NCBI RefSeq assembly: GCF_001194135.2
Contig: NC_068982.1
Location: 52,034,867-52,098,866 of the forward strand
DNA length: 64,000 nucleotides
Reading direction: 5' to 3'
DNA from: Octopus bimaculoides
Taxonomy: Eukaryota
In this document: positions 12,468 to 26,392 of the stretch, in pieces
How positions within the stretch are numbered: position 1 is the first letter of the stretch
Layout: each line of letters begins with the position of its first letter
Translations under genes and position numbers: made by a program
Notes under the pieces: model-generated
The model's database searches: none
Told to the model about the DNA's origin: nothing
What the model saw: the letters and a program-made list of their open reading frames with translations, nothing else

Positions 12468-13613
12468 TTGGGTTGGCTAAAAAGTTTGTTTGCTTTTTTC
12501 CTTGATGCACCCGTACTCATTTGGTACCTGACACACAAACGTAGCTTGATGTAAATTTGTGACAAGACAGGTTGTACATTGTGTGCTTAAGATCACTCTG
12601 AAAATGGGGGACCAAAATGAACTTTATCAACACAGGCGTTTTTTTTTTATTTTGGAAACCTGCAGGAAGATATCTGGCGTGTACAGAGAGGATGCTGTTA
12701 TGGAATGTGTCAGAAGTGGTTTTTAAGATGTCAATCATGAAATTTTTTTGTTCAAAATGTACATTGCTCTGGCTAGCCAACTGAAATTAACAGCAACAAA
12801 GTGAAGGAGTTAGTTAAGACTAACCCCATTATATGATCAGGATGATCACAGACATTCTCCAAATAGCCAAACTGAGTGTTGAAAACCATCTGCATCAACT
12901 TGGTTACATCAACATAGCTCAATGTTTGGGTCCCACATCAATTGAGTGAGGAGAACATGGCCCAACAAATATCAATCTGTGATTCATTGCAAATGCAAGA
13001 AGAAAATCCCTTTTTTAAAGAGAATGGTAACAGAGAACAAAAAAATGGATTGTTTACAACTATGTAAAGCACAAACAATCATGGGAGAAGCATGGCAAAC
13101 TACCAAAAACAGCCTACAAAGCAAGACTTCATCCGAAGAAGGTTATGCTTTCAATTTGATGGGATTGGAAATGTATCATCTTTTATGAGCTTCTTCCCAT
13201 GAACAGGATTATCAGTTTGGATGTATACTGTGACCAGCTGGACAAATTAAATGCAGCAATCTACACTTCTTTGGAATCACAGCAGAAGTTAATGGGGCTT
13301 GGATGGAAAGTTTTGTCTACCTTCCATAGTCACCTGACCAAGTACCTTCAGATTTTCACCTGTTTCAGTCTCTTCAAAATTCACTGAATGGACAGACCTT
13401 CAACTGAAGAGGATGTAAAAATTCACTTGGAAAAGTTTTTCACCAGTAAAGACAGGAAATTCTTTGATCAGGGAATAATGGATCTATCCACAAGACTGTA
13501 AAAGGTACTGAAACAAAATGGCAATTATATCTTTTATTGAATTAATTACTTTATGTTTAAAACTCGTCTTATTTTCTTTTAAAAAAGTGAAAATCTTTTT
13601 GGCCAACTCAGTA
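12468..13613 (+). mobile_element. Near full-length decayed mariner element
   Basis: TIR remnants ttgggttggctaaaaag and ttttggccaactcagta; VWVPHQLSEEN...FLKRMVT..KKWIVY motifs, interrupted by stops and frameshifts. Confidence 0.8.
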
Positions 13614-13799
13614 TATTACTAAATATAAACAACTTCAGTAAGAGTAAATTCCAACTTTGTCAATATTTAAATGCCGTTTCTTTTTTTTTAGGTCATATTG
13701 AAAGTATTGTTTAAATGGTATGAGATATGGGTATTAAATGTGTAAGATTTATAGAGGCTGAATCTGGTGTGATTTGTTAGTTGTCTAATGTTAACTTGC

Positions 13800-14115
13800 A
13801 TGAAAGTTAGAGTACAAATGAGCTAGAGTACAACTGGGCATAAAAAGCATCAGCCAATGTATGCGGGAGAGATGGCTGTGTTGGTTATGGATACATGATG
13901 AACATTGAGTGTTGGTTGAAAAAAAGGGTTGTGTTAATAATACAAAATGAATTGGTGGCAAAAGATATGGAAACAAATGGCAAGAGCTGATCTGATGATG
14001 ATGGGTTTCACAGACAAGTTGATCGTAATAAGTGGCAATATACCATATAATAGCACCTCCAAACCATGTCAACAGACAGAAAAAACATGTTTAAGAAAAA
14101 TGATAATGATGATGC
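13800..14115 (+). mobile_element. RTE-type LINE 3' end with (GAT)n tail
   Basis: ELRVQLGIKSISQCMRERWL followed by a gatgatgat tail. Confidence 0.5.
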
Positions 14116-14384
14116 TGAGTGAATATACAATTACATTATACACACAGAGGCTAAAGTAAACTTAATGAGGCATATCAAGCAATGTATAATTGTTATATAA
14201 AGATTAAAAGAACAAAAACTTGGGCACATGAACCAGCATATGTGTAAATATTTTACTGTAGTAGAAAGATTGCCATTAAGTAGGACAAAAAACTGCAAAC
14301 ATTTGCTTTAAATGTTTACTGTGGCTGTATATTTGAAACCAGACAGGCTACAATAAATATAGCTGAGCAAATCTATCTCATTCA

Positions 14385-14422
<38 letters not shown>

Positions 14423-16353
14423 CATACATAAATACACACACACATGCATAAAAGGAATATTGAAAATAAAGTGAAATATTTTGAATAATATTTGTTTCTA
14501 TTTTGTATTCCTTTTCCTCTAATGACACATCATTATCATTACTATTTTAATGTCTACTTTTCATATATGTTTCACATGTCATTGGCAGATATTTTTTTAA
14601 TATAAATATTTGAAAATTTCAAGGTAAGCATATTTTCAAAGTAGTTTTCTTTTCTTAAGTGAAGTGAATAAAAAAAAACCTTTAGAGATTAACCAAACAT
14701 TGTGAAGCAATGGCAAAATATCTATGAAGTTCTAACATGAATATTTTAGCAACTTTTGTAGTTACTTACTAAAGATATTTATGCTTTATAAATAATATAA
14801 ATAAATGAAAAATGTTCTATGTTAAAGATTTAATCAAAATTCTGTCATGTTTTTTTTTGTGTGAAAAATGAATATGAATTAAGTTAAAAAGCAGCACTAA
14901 TGAATGTATATTTCAAAGATATTTTCTCCTCTTACCTCAACCAAAAAATGCAATACATAATCAAAATAATTACAAATCATTTTAAAATAAATTACATGAC
15001 TGTCAGACAAATAGGGACACTTTAGAAAATAAAGAATAAAATAATGTATGTTAATCTCAAAAAAGGGAACCGACAGATGAAAAAGTGAGAGTTTGGACTA
15101 TTCATTCTCAACCCATATGAATATTTTCATTGTAAGATAATTTTTTTAAAGACAATTTAGAATGTTTATTTTTGTCTCACTTTTCTCTCTCTCAAGATGA
15201 CGAGATTGTTCAAGAAGTTGTCATTGCCCTATTGGCATGTTAAATAACTACACAGAAGCTCATTCTGTATGATAAAATAATGATTATTTGAATTTATGGA
15301 AAGCATTTAAAAGTGTTTAAATGACAATTTGAAGAAAAAGATAAGCAATATCTTGTATCAAAAGTGTAACAAATAGGTAGAATAAGATCATCCATATCTT
15401 GAATAAATGTGATACAGAAGCCAACAGAAAGAAAGAAATATGTAACGAGAAATTTTGTTACACAGAAAAAGAATTAGCAGTAAGGCACATCGGCTAGTCA
15501 TCAATAAAATAACACTAAAATGATGTGTCTTACGTGTATGGAAGAAAACATTGATACGTGGTACCAGGGGGTTTGTTAAAAATAAATACTAGAACTATCT
15601 ATTAAGAATGAAAAGCTCACTGAATTTTAATTTGAGAATTGAAATGGAGCTTCTGGGAAAGCTAAACCAATGGACAGAGTCTGAACATGTGTGTTGCTAA
15701 ATGCTAAGATGGAAATAGTTAAATAGTTTGAAAAAACTTTATGTGCATTACATGTTGGCAGGAAAATAATACATTTGAAACCTTTTACACAAACATCCAT
15801 TATAGCAAAAGAAAGATTGCAAATGATTGGAAGACTAGTATTACCAATTAAGTGGATGGATTGGATAAGAAGCAATGGGACACTACTCCTTAATCGTTGA
15901 GCCTTAATTGTAGCCTTCCACTAATCTAGGCATACTGACGGAATATTAATTCCTTGTAATGAGATATTATAAAATTGTTGGCTTTATGCTGGTCTTTAAA
16001 AAGCAGCATGGTTACTTAAAGAACAATGTATCAATGTATAAGTATCTTTCAGTTGGAATTCATTTGTCAGTACCAAACTGAAGAAAACTTTATCTCTTTA
16101 AGTTAACAGTTTGTTTCTGTTGTTTATGAACAGAATAAAATGATTGTTGACTTTTGCATGGTTTAACAAATGATGTTTTATGATTATATTTTTAGATTTT
16201 AGCATTGAAAACATGCTGTATCAGTTCTAACAATTTTGGTACAATGCTAGTTTTAAGTTCGGCAAACAGTATTAAAAAGTAGCATGAGGCATTCATAGAT
16301 GGTGTGATGCTTCTAGAATATTAATTGTCAAGAGATCAGTAAGAAAGCTTTGC

Positions 16354-16385
<32 letters not shown>

Positions 16386-17597
16386 TAACCAGAAAAACCA
16401 TTTATTATTCGGAAATATATTAAATTATTATCCAACAATAATAAGTTTATGATGGTGGAATTCCAATAAAGCAATTTTTCAAAATTTTGTTTTCAAAGCA
16501 AAGTTTTCTAAAATAAAATACGGCATCTCTGACATTACATGAAATTTTTTTTCTCTGTTTTAAACGAGTGGTTTCCAACATTTCTATCATCCCATCACCC
16601 TATCTCTGTATGCTTAAGGTATGTGACACCTTTGTTTTATTCTAATAGAGAAAACCTGTTGTGCCCTTAGTGCTGTTTTCTCACTCTCTATTTTCCAGTT
16701 TTGGAATATAGACTGACATTTTTTTCTTAATTTTATTATTTGAATTTAAAAGCTCATGACATTTCAAAGTGAAGTAGAATACTGCTATCGGTTACACCCT
16801 GGGGTGTCATGATAACTCTGTTGGAAACCTCTGTTTTAAGCAAAAGCACTTTAAAAAAAAAATAATTTTAATAGAATAGAAAAGCAGCTCAATGAATGAG
16901 TTGTGGTGACACTGGATTTTACAGCTTGAAGTTTATTTCTTATCAGAAATAGCATAGCATTTCATCATTTGAACAGCAATAAAATAAGTACCAATATTAT
17001 TCAGAGCTATAGGGAGATATTTTGATGTTTTTGTAATAATGCTACATATAGCAGTTGTGTAATTGGGAAACAATCTCTTACACTAAGTTATGTGTGTGTG
17101 TGTCAAATTAAATACACAACCGAAAGAGCTTTTATGCTACTTGAACAGGCATATTTATAAAATACACCATGTATCTTATAGCTATCTTTCAGGCTCTGTT
17201 TATGTATTATGTGTGTGTTTATATATATATATATATATAAATCAGTAAATAGTGGGGTTGTGTTAACCGCACATGGAGAAATAATAGGAAAATGAAAAAT
17301 AATAATAAGGCAGAATGCTAAACTGGAAGCATATTTTAATAAAGATTTCTAACCGGCTTTCATTGCATAGCAAATTTTCAAGAAGAGGGAGAATGAAAAT
17401 GTTTTTTACAAAGAAGTACAAAATGAAGAAAATAATATATAAAAAAATAAATATACCAATACATTATATTGTCTTTGAGCTTTTAAAGTTCAATGGTAAT
17501 TCATGTATATAATGGCTGGAAAAATAAGGATGCACGAGAATTGAGAGTTGTGTTAGGTTTAAAAAAAGAGAAAAGGGGCTAAAAGTTTGTGTTAAGC

Positions 17598-17768
17598 AGG
17601 AAGTGTGTGTATAGGGGAGACAAATCTTTTTAGTTGGAGTTATGAACTCTTTTTCAACAGGAAGTTTATATTTGTTCTTATTTCTCTAGGAACAGACATA
17701 AACTTCCTGTTGAAAAAGAGTTCATAACTCCAACTAAAAAGATTTGTCTCCCCTTACACGCACTTCCT
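17598..17768. repeat. Foldback with 57-bp perfect arms next to gap
   Basis: 17613-17669 is the exact reverse complement of 17698-17754, with imperfect extension outward. Confidence 0.9.
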
Positions 17769-17776
17769 ATTTTGAC

Positions 17777-18147
17777 NNNNNNNNNNNNNNNNNNNNNNNN
17801 NNNNNNNNNNNNNNNNNNNNNNNNNNNNNNNNNNNNNNNNNNNNNNNNNNNNNNNNNNNNNNNNNNNNNNNNNNNNNNNNNNNNNNNNNNNNNNNNNNNN
17901 NNNNNNNNNNNNNNNNNNNNNNNNNNNNNNNNNNNNNNNNNNNNNNNNNNNNNNNNNNNNNNNNNNNNNNNNNNNNNNNNNNNNNNNNNNNNNNNNNNNN
18001 NNNNNNNNNNNNNNNNNNNNNNNNNNNNNNNNNNNNNNNNNNNNNNNNNNNNNNNNNNNNNNNNNNNNNNNNNNNNNNNNNNNNNNNNNNNNNNNNNNNN
18101 NNNNNNNNNNNNNNNNNNNNNNNNNNNNNNNNNNNNNNNNNNNNNNN
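17777..18147. other. Assembly gap
   Basis: N run. Confidence 1.
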
Positions 18148-18196
<49 letters not shown>

Positions 18197-18201
18197 CACA
18201 T

Positions 18202-19168
18202 GATTAGAAAGAAAGTCCTGTCACGTTTTTGTATTTTTGACACAATGACTTTGAGGGGACTTTTTCAATACTTATAGTGAAATAAACATTGACTTTTACA
18301 TTCTGATGTTTTTTTTCTTTCTTTGCAGATTACTTTATACTATATTGGTAAATTTTTTATTGATTTTACCCTCAGATGCTGCATGCTTTATAGGAAAGTG
18401 GTGCTTATGTTAAAAGTTGGTGCATGTTTGTTCATCCTCTGAGTGCTTCTCAGCTTAATCAAAGAGTCGCTTACTACTTGTCTTTGAAGAGTAGACAAGC
18501 TACCGAATCTTTCCAGGTACAACCATCACAAGTAATGAAAAGTGGATTCTCTATAACCATAGAAAACGACAATGGTTAGCACCCAATGAAGAAGAACAAT
18601 TCACGCCCAAACCAGGGCTACACTTAAAAAAAAAGTTATGTTTATGTGTTTGATGGGATATGAAGGGTGTTGTTATCATGGTATTAAATAAAAACAAAAT
18701 AGTTACTGCAAAGAAGTATTGTCATCAACTGGAGGCATTGGACGAAAATTTGCAGAAAAAGCACCGTCATTGGTCAATCCTAAAGAGTGTTGATTTTACA
18801 TGATAATGCAAGGCTACATATTGTCTAAGTTACGCAGGAAAAGATTATGGCACTAAATATGGAAGTTTTGCCTTATCCTCCTTACTCTCCTAACCTTGCT
18901 CCATCAGGCTACCATCTTTTCAGATCACGGCAATATTATTTCAAGGGAAAACAGTTTATTAATTGTGAAGAGGTTAAAATATTGAGTGTTGCTCAGATTC
19001 AAAACCTGAAGACTTTTACACCTGAGGGGATCAACAATTTTTCAAATAGATGGGATTAAATTATCAATAATAAGGGGAAATATCTTGATTAAATATATAA
19101 ATTAAGACCAAAGAAGCATTTGTTTCTTTCTAACCTTCAAATGTGACAAGACTTTTTTTCCAACCTTA
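18202..19168 (+). mobile_element. Internally deleted, decayed mariner element
   Basis: TIRs gattagaaagaaagtcctgtcacgttt and aaatgtgacaagactttttttccaacc; HDNA and YPPYSPNLAPSGYHLFRS (YSPDLAPSD motif). Confidence 0.82.
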
Positions 19169-20149
19169 TGCATATGTGTGTGTGTGTGTGTGTGTGTTCA
19201 TTCTGTTGTCCGTAAAAAAAATTTTTTAAAGTCCGTTTTTTGTGCTTTGTTTATGTTCCCGTTCCTTTTTTGACGTCCTGTACCCGGATATGCATCTATA
19301 TATACATGTAGATGTAGGTATGTACATATATGTATGTATACATGCATATGCTCATATATCATTTGTATTATATATATATGAAATTAAATGAAAGCTCAAA
19401 TGATTAACAGCTAGTGGCATTAATCATTTGGATCTTCCTGTCATCATAAATACTTCTAGACATATTTAGTGGTTTGAATAGTTGCAGAACCGGCTTCTAT
19501 AAATTCTGTTGTATTTCAACTGTTATAAAAACATAATTATACCATATTTGGCAGAAATATATTAAAACCACTTAGACAACTATGGAACTTAACATCACTC
19601 TAAAGAGAATAAATATTCTTAATTCAAAGAATTTTCTGAACATATTTAATTAATTATATTTTACAATTTAAATATTTCATTTTTGTATCCATTTGTAATC
19701 TGAATCACATGTATTTATTCTTGATAAAGAATATCATTCTCATATAACATTTAAAGAAAATTATCTTTAAATACTGAATCATTATGACTTATTGAATTTT
19801 GTTTTCTTGGTTTCTTTCAACCTGTATATTTCGACATATTTTGTCAAATCAGTTGGATACTTACTATCAACTGATAATATTCTCATTAGGACACCTATAT
19901 TTGGGTATTAGCCTAATCTCGTTGTCAGACATCTCACCAAGTTTGTAGCATAATCAGCTTTATGGCTGTCCATTGCTCATATATTGGTCATGTCTGGTCT
20001 GCAGCAAAATCCCCATTTTCTTTGAAACTGAAAAAGTTGTAATGCCTGTTGCTTTACCATACATTTTGTCCAATAATAAGATAAACAAGCAACAGAGATA
20101 TAATTCGCCAGGCAATGGCTCTCTACCTGGTCAATTTAGGAATTATAAC

Positions 20150-20238
20150 AACATATATATATAATATTATAATTATAATATATAATATTGTAGCATTTAA
20201 TAATATTGTAATAACAATATTGCAATGTATAACAATGT

Positions 20239-20275
<37 letters not shown>

Positions 20276-20660
20276 AATATTGCAATTACAATATATAATA
20301 TTGTAGCATTTAATAATATTGTAACATAACAATATTGTAATGAATAACAATATTGTAATGTATAACAATATTGCAAGTAACTAATAACAATTGTTGTAAT
20401 GTATAACAATATTGCAACATATAGCAATATTGTAGCATATAACAATATTATAACATATAGCAATAATGCTATGTACAACAATACTGTAACTAATAACAAT
20501 ATTGTAATGTATAATATTCTAACATAACAATATTGTACCATATAGCAACATTGTAGTAGATAACAATATTGTAACATATAGCAATAATGTAACATATAGC
20601 AATATTGTAACGTATAACAATATACTAACATATAACAATATTATAATTTATAACAAGATT
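20150..20660. repeat. AT-rich minisatellite, about 18-bp unit (tataacaatattgtaaca)
   Basis: Recurrent aacaatattg core; the minus frame gives LQYCY(M/T) hexapeptide periodicity. Confidence 0.85.
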
Positions 20661-21246
20661 TATCACAAAAGGGTTCGAGTATTTGTTCTCAGAAGCCTGA
20701 AATATTGGACTTTTGTTTTGATTGTCTTTCAAAAATATTTTACTTGTCAGTGAACACGACACACAATGGTATAAAACTTGCCAGCAGTATCAAGTGCAAT
20801 TTCTGAATGAATAAATTGTACTTAGCAAATAAATATTTGAAGTAAATGTCTTTTTGCACACATTTTCATTTTTAAAAAAAAGTGTGTTATACAGCAGCAT
20901 ATATATTTTAAAGGGTCTTTTCTGACTTTCCCTTATCTTGGGAGTAAGTAAAACAATACTGATATTACAATTACAAATAAGCTTCAATTTTCAACAATAT
21001 TGGAAGATCTCATATAGCTAACAGTGCACCACACAAACTTTCCAGTTGAAATAAAGTAATGATTTGCAAAAATTTAGCAGCTACTTACAGCCAGGCAATA
21101 TTGATAAATTATTGAATTTTAGCTGATAAGTTTCAAATCATATATCATAATTCTTATGGTGAATTTTAGTAAGAAAATAGTGACTAATTTGTTCTCATTC
21201 ATTTTCTGTTAAATATGATGTGTATATATGTGTGTGTGTGTGTATG

Positions 21247-21289
<43 letters not shown>

Positions 21290-21353
21290 CAGAGAGGGGA
21301 GATGGCACATACACACATATTTGTATAGGTGTGTGCATATATATATATATATA

Positions 21354-21576
21354 NNNNNNNNNNNNNNNNNNNNNNNNNNNNNNNNNNNNNNNNNNNNNNN
21401 NNNNNNNNNNNNNNNNNNNNNNNNNNNNNNNNNNNNNNNNNNNNNNNNNNNNNNNNNNNNNNNNNNNNNNNNNNNNNNNNNNNNNNNNNNNNNNNNNNNN
21501 NNNNNNNNNNNNNNNNNNNNNNNNNNNNNNNNNNNNNNNNNNNNNNNNNNNNNNNNNNNNNNNNNNNNNNNNNNNN
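21354..21576. other. Assembly gap containing the RINT1 stop codon
   Basis: N run abutting the open RINT1 frame. Confidence 0.95.
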
Positions 21577-21739
21577 CAACTTAAATATACCAATTTCATA
21601 TAATGAAGATTTTGGATCAATCACTGTAGAATTTGGATCAGCATTGGCTTTGTCAGAATGAGTATCACCTTCTAAAACATCTTTCAAGAGTAAGGCAGAT
21701 CCAACTTTCAAGTTCAATAAAATACAGGCTTCTTTGAGT
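21577..21739 (-). CDS. RINT1: RINT1 coding exon 14, 3'-partial (LKEACILLNLKVGSALLLKDVL...YEIGIFKL, runs into gap)
   Basis: Acceptor cattttcag/, phase 2. KEACI.LNL.VGSALLLKDVL is the RINT1 C-terminal motif. The stop codon is hidden in the N-gap. Confidence 0.93.
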
Positions 21740-21788
21740 CTGAAAATGAAAAAGAAATTTAAATAAAATAAACTCAATAGTAAATACT

Positions 21789-22002
21789 GATTTCAAATTT
21801 TGGTACAAGGCCAGTAATTTGGGGATAGGGAGTAAGTTGGTTATATTGACGCCAGTGCTTAACTGGTACTTATTTTATCGACCCTGAAAGGATGAAAGGC
21901 AAAGTCGACCTTGGAAGAATTTGAACTCAGAATGTTAAAACTGATGACATGCCACTAAGCATTTTGCCTGGCATACTAACGATTTTGCCAGCTCACCGCC
22001 TT
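21789..22002 (-). mobile_element. tRNA-derived SINE, family A
   Basis: Recurrent ...gaaaggatgaaaggcaaagtcgac...gaatttgaactcag...gccagctcaccgcc. Other copies near 7589-7747, 26022-26225, 45403-45545, 50405-50516 and 50545-50675. Confidence 0.8.
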
Positions 22003-22334
22003 GTGAAAATATACAACCATCGTTACCACAACAACTAATAGTAACAAAACACTATTACCAATAATAAGGTAAGAACTAAGTCATTTTCCCTTTTCCCAGT
22101 AACTGGCACCCATGCTAGTGACATGTAAAAAGCATCTTTTGAGTGTTGAGCCTCACAGCGGCAATGACAAATGACCAAGACCTTTGGCAATATGCCTTGC
22201 TTGAGAAGAAGACCCGTCAAGCCAAGTGAAATCATAGTCATGGCAGATACTGTTGTCATGTAACTGCGATTTTTTTGTTTCAGTTTCTCAGCCGCATTTG
22301 AACCTTTAACTGAGGTGAATATATTTCTACACAA

Positions 22335-23837
22335 AAACATTTATAGGCTTATTCCATACATTGAATAGTATCCACTCTGTGCCAAATAAATTAAGTGAAT
22401 GCTTTAATACATATATCTTAGCCTTTGTCATTCGACTTCGAAATGTTACATTACATAGGCATCCACCGATAAAATATCTTTTACCAGTAACACCATGTAC
22501 TTCCTTTTTAGATTTAATTAATTTCGGTTTACCAATAGGTTTCTACATTTTTTCGTTTATAAAAGTCATGTCACTAATGGTGTTAGACTTCAATTTTACA
22601 CTTGTATTTTAAATTTTCGCATGTACGAATTTTCTGTTTGTTGTATTACCCTCTTTTTTCAATGACAAACTATTTATTTTTTACCTTTGTTCCATCGTCT
22701 TGTCATCTTTGTTCTACAGTGCATCTTTATATGTCCTGTACTACCACAACGAAAGCGCTCTGCTTTCTTAAATGAACAATTTTTCCTCAGGTGCACACCA
22801 CCACTTGCAAAACATGGGTTTAGTATCTTGATGCTTGTTGTATTATTCATAAACATTTTATCTCTATTCAGACTATTCTGCACTGGTTTTACTCGGAAAC
22901 AATCTTTATGTTCAATTTCCTCTGTGTTGTGTCTTAATTTCAGTATTCTTTCACATCCTTCAAACACTTTTTGCAGGGTTACATCCTGGTTTTGCTCCAG
23001 TTTTGCAAGAATTCTAGTCCTGACTTCTGCATCCTTTTTGGCAGTTAGCTCTTGTGTAAAAATCAGGCATTTGAACATATCTGGAGTTAATTTATCTAGC
23101 TTAAACTTCTCGCATTCCCTGCTTACTCTACCAGCATATGTGATAAAGCCTTCTTCGTTGTATTTCTCTATGTTCAGACACTTCTAACATGTCTATGAGC
23201 TTTTTTCACTGAAAATTTTGCACAATTGTCACATTAAAATCCATGTCCGAAGGTTTTCTTAGAAGTACATAATTACTGTATCGTTCATGTTCTGTTGCCA
23301 CCAGTTTTCTGAAGATTAAGCATGTTTTCATCTCGTCATTCCCACCTTTACATTTTTTCTTGAAGATTTGCTCGTATTTTCTGTAGTATGCTTCGGAAGT
23401 AACATCTTTGTCAGGTTTGTATTTGAACTCTTATGGTGTTCACGACATAATCTGCTGAGAACACCTTTTCTGACAACTTCAGTAATTGCAGCATTTGCTG
23501 CTGCAATATTATTTGTTGTTGCTGTTGCTTTTGTTGTTGCACTTGCAGTTATAGCTGCTGCTGTTGTTGTGGTTATTGCAACTTGAGCAAACTGGCCAAC
23601 AAATTTTCCATAATTTTTACAATTTTTCGTAAAATTTGTACACCAACTTTGTGAGTTTATTAACTCCTCTTCGAGTTTCTATTAACTCCATGTGAATTGG
23701 TTTATCCTTGCCAAGTTTATTAATTCCTCGTCACCACTGTTGTAACTTGCGTAGTCAATGCTATATCCTTTATATATCGGTATATCAATACACCCACTTC
23801 GGTTACTGCAGTATCACTGTTAGCTCTGTAAGACACA
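22335..23837 (-). mobile_element. Ty3/Gypsy LTR retrotransposon 5' remnant (LTR, PBS, gag, protease) in RINT1 intron 13
   Basis: Minus strand: short TG...ACAACA LTR (about 23738-23837), PBS-like TGGTGACGAGG (23726-23736), polyQ leader, gag FKCLIFTQ.LTAKKDAEVRTRIL..., zinc knuckle (R)FRCGSTGHIKMHC, decayed protease VKLKSNTISDMTFINE. Confidence 0.82.
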
Positions 23838-25390
23838 ACTCTCAAGACAGTCTAACATGTATTCTTGTATTTAGAGTGACTAGGTCATTCCATTTGTCAT
23901 GTGGGAGGGGTGTCTCATTATTACTAATTCCCTACAACAGAGACAAACATCACCCTGGATAGGGTGCTGGACTTAACACTGGTAGTTTTTTCCTTCAAAG
24001 AACCTAGCACTAAAGGCTAACAAATAACTTATCAAATTAACAGTGATACCATTACTTGGAACAATGAGCTGTTCATACTCTGTGGAACCTAATTAAGTCA
24101 GGTAGATTGGTCTATTTAACAGTTAGTCAACTGTTGTGACTGCAGGCACAAGCAGTGTTTATATGAATACTTGAAATGAAAACCTCTTGGCTAGATTTTC
24201 CCTACTCTGTAGAACTGCTGTAACTGTAACTTTAATTGTAATATGGGGGTTGAGTACTAGACCAATAAAATATAACCCACTAGATTCCAGTGAAGAAGAA
24301 AAGAACTCTCAACTTGTTTCACATGTGAAAGAGTTACATTATATCAACTGGAAGAAAAAAAAACTGTTCATTAGGCAAAAAACCTGAGCAAGGACACATA
24401 CATGGAAGAGAGTCTGACTTTCAGGGATGTGACAGGTTGAACGCCATGTTCACATACTAAAGGAAAACTATTAGTCACCTTATCCCTAACAAGAACCTCT
24501 CTTAAATTCCATTTTTATGCATGTACACACACACACAGTTATACATACATGTACAATGGGCTTCTTTCAGACAGAACAATTAAATGAATGCAGAGATAGA
24601 GTTTCTATGTTTCAAAATAATTTTTCTTTTTCTCTGTGATTTCAGCGCATTTTTTTCAAATATGGTAGGTACAGGCATGGCTTTGTGATTAAGAAGTTTG
24701 CTTCCCAACTTCATAGTTTTGGGTTCAATCTCACTGGGTGTTGCCTTTTGTCAGCTCTCATTGCATTTTCAAAAGGAGCACTTCATTGCGCTATGCATCT
24801 AAGAGATCATGCAAATTATTTTTGTCTGTGTTAAAGTTGGAGATGATTTAGTTTGGAACCACATTGTCTTTAATGAAGACTACAAATGGTTCGATTCCAT
24901 TTTTCTTTTCTGTAACCATCTCTTACACTGGTTATTAATAGTGTTGCACATCATAAAATGGTGTGCAACATCATATGCACTTTCTCTCTTCTTCCCCTTC
25001 CTTTTTGCCAAGGTCTACATGCAGTTATCAGCATTTAAATACCAATTTTTCTATGTTTGCACAGATTGGAATGAGTTCAGTTGCCATATATCATATCTCT
25101 TTTTGTATCAATCATTTGCCATTTCATCTGTAATGCCAAACACCAAGAGATCTGACATCATTTTGTTCCCAAACCCTTGACTGACAACATGTGACAGTAC
25201 ATCATCCATCCACATCACACATCCATACTGATACAGTCAAATCTCTTTCATAAATTAGCCAATAGAATTAAGACATCCCCTTTTTAGAACACTTGTTATT
25301 AAAACAGTTAGCACTGGCATTACCAACTTCAAAGGAGATACCTACATTTTATTTAGCATAATTCTAAATGTTAAAATCACAAGGTTCCTA

Positions 25391-25666
<276 letters not shown>

Positions 25667-26392
25667 TCAAAATTCAGTCAATATAAATCATTTTAATAAA
25701 AATCAACAAATATTACTTTAATTTTTTTTTCCAAAAAAATTTAACTGCTGTAAACAACAGATTTAAAAACTGTTTTTGAAGTTTTAAAATTTCAGAATTT
25801 TTAATTTCATTACAAATAGAATATCTATGTATGAAGAAACCTGTCACACTTCAATTTTATTTATTTTCAGCAAGCATTTGAAATCTCACAAGAAATGGAC
25901 ACAAATGAAAGGATGTATAAATGGAGATGCATTCAATCAATAACATGGAAAAATATTGAATACTGAATGGGTGATGACAATGATGATGAAATGATAGAGA
26001 TGAAAATAAAATGAGATGTGACCGGTTTCAAAATTTGGCACAAGATCAGCAATTTTGGGAGAGGGGGCTAGTTGATTAGTGACCCCAGTGCTCAGCTGGC
26101 ACTTATTCTATTGACCCTGAAAGGACAAAAGTCGAAGTTCACCTTGGTGGAATTTGAACTCAGGACAAAGATGGATGAAATATTGTTAAACATTTTGTCC
26201 AGTGTGCTAATGATTCTGCCAGCTCATTAACATCTTTACAACACATCATCATCCTAAGTGTTTAATGTCTATGTTCCATACAGACATGGACTGGACATGT
26301 AATGGCTAATTCATTCCATAGCTGCTGGCACTATTTATTTGAATTTTTAAGACAGTTTCAAAATCAATAGTAAAAATCAATAATGATCTTAC

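Noticed and set aside
17678-18277. Long ORFs across the first gap (and likewise 21195-21661 and 28775-29567)
   Set aside because: Their length comes from N runs and (TA)n. Only the RINT1 exon 14 and RTE portions are real coding sequence.
20197-20631. 144-aa Cys/Tyr-rich repetitive protein
   Set aside because: Translation of the 18-bp minisatellite; no start context or splice support.
20150-20660. CRISPR-like array
   Set aside because: Tandem units without unique spacers, in eukaryotic DNA with no cas genes.
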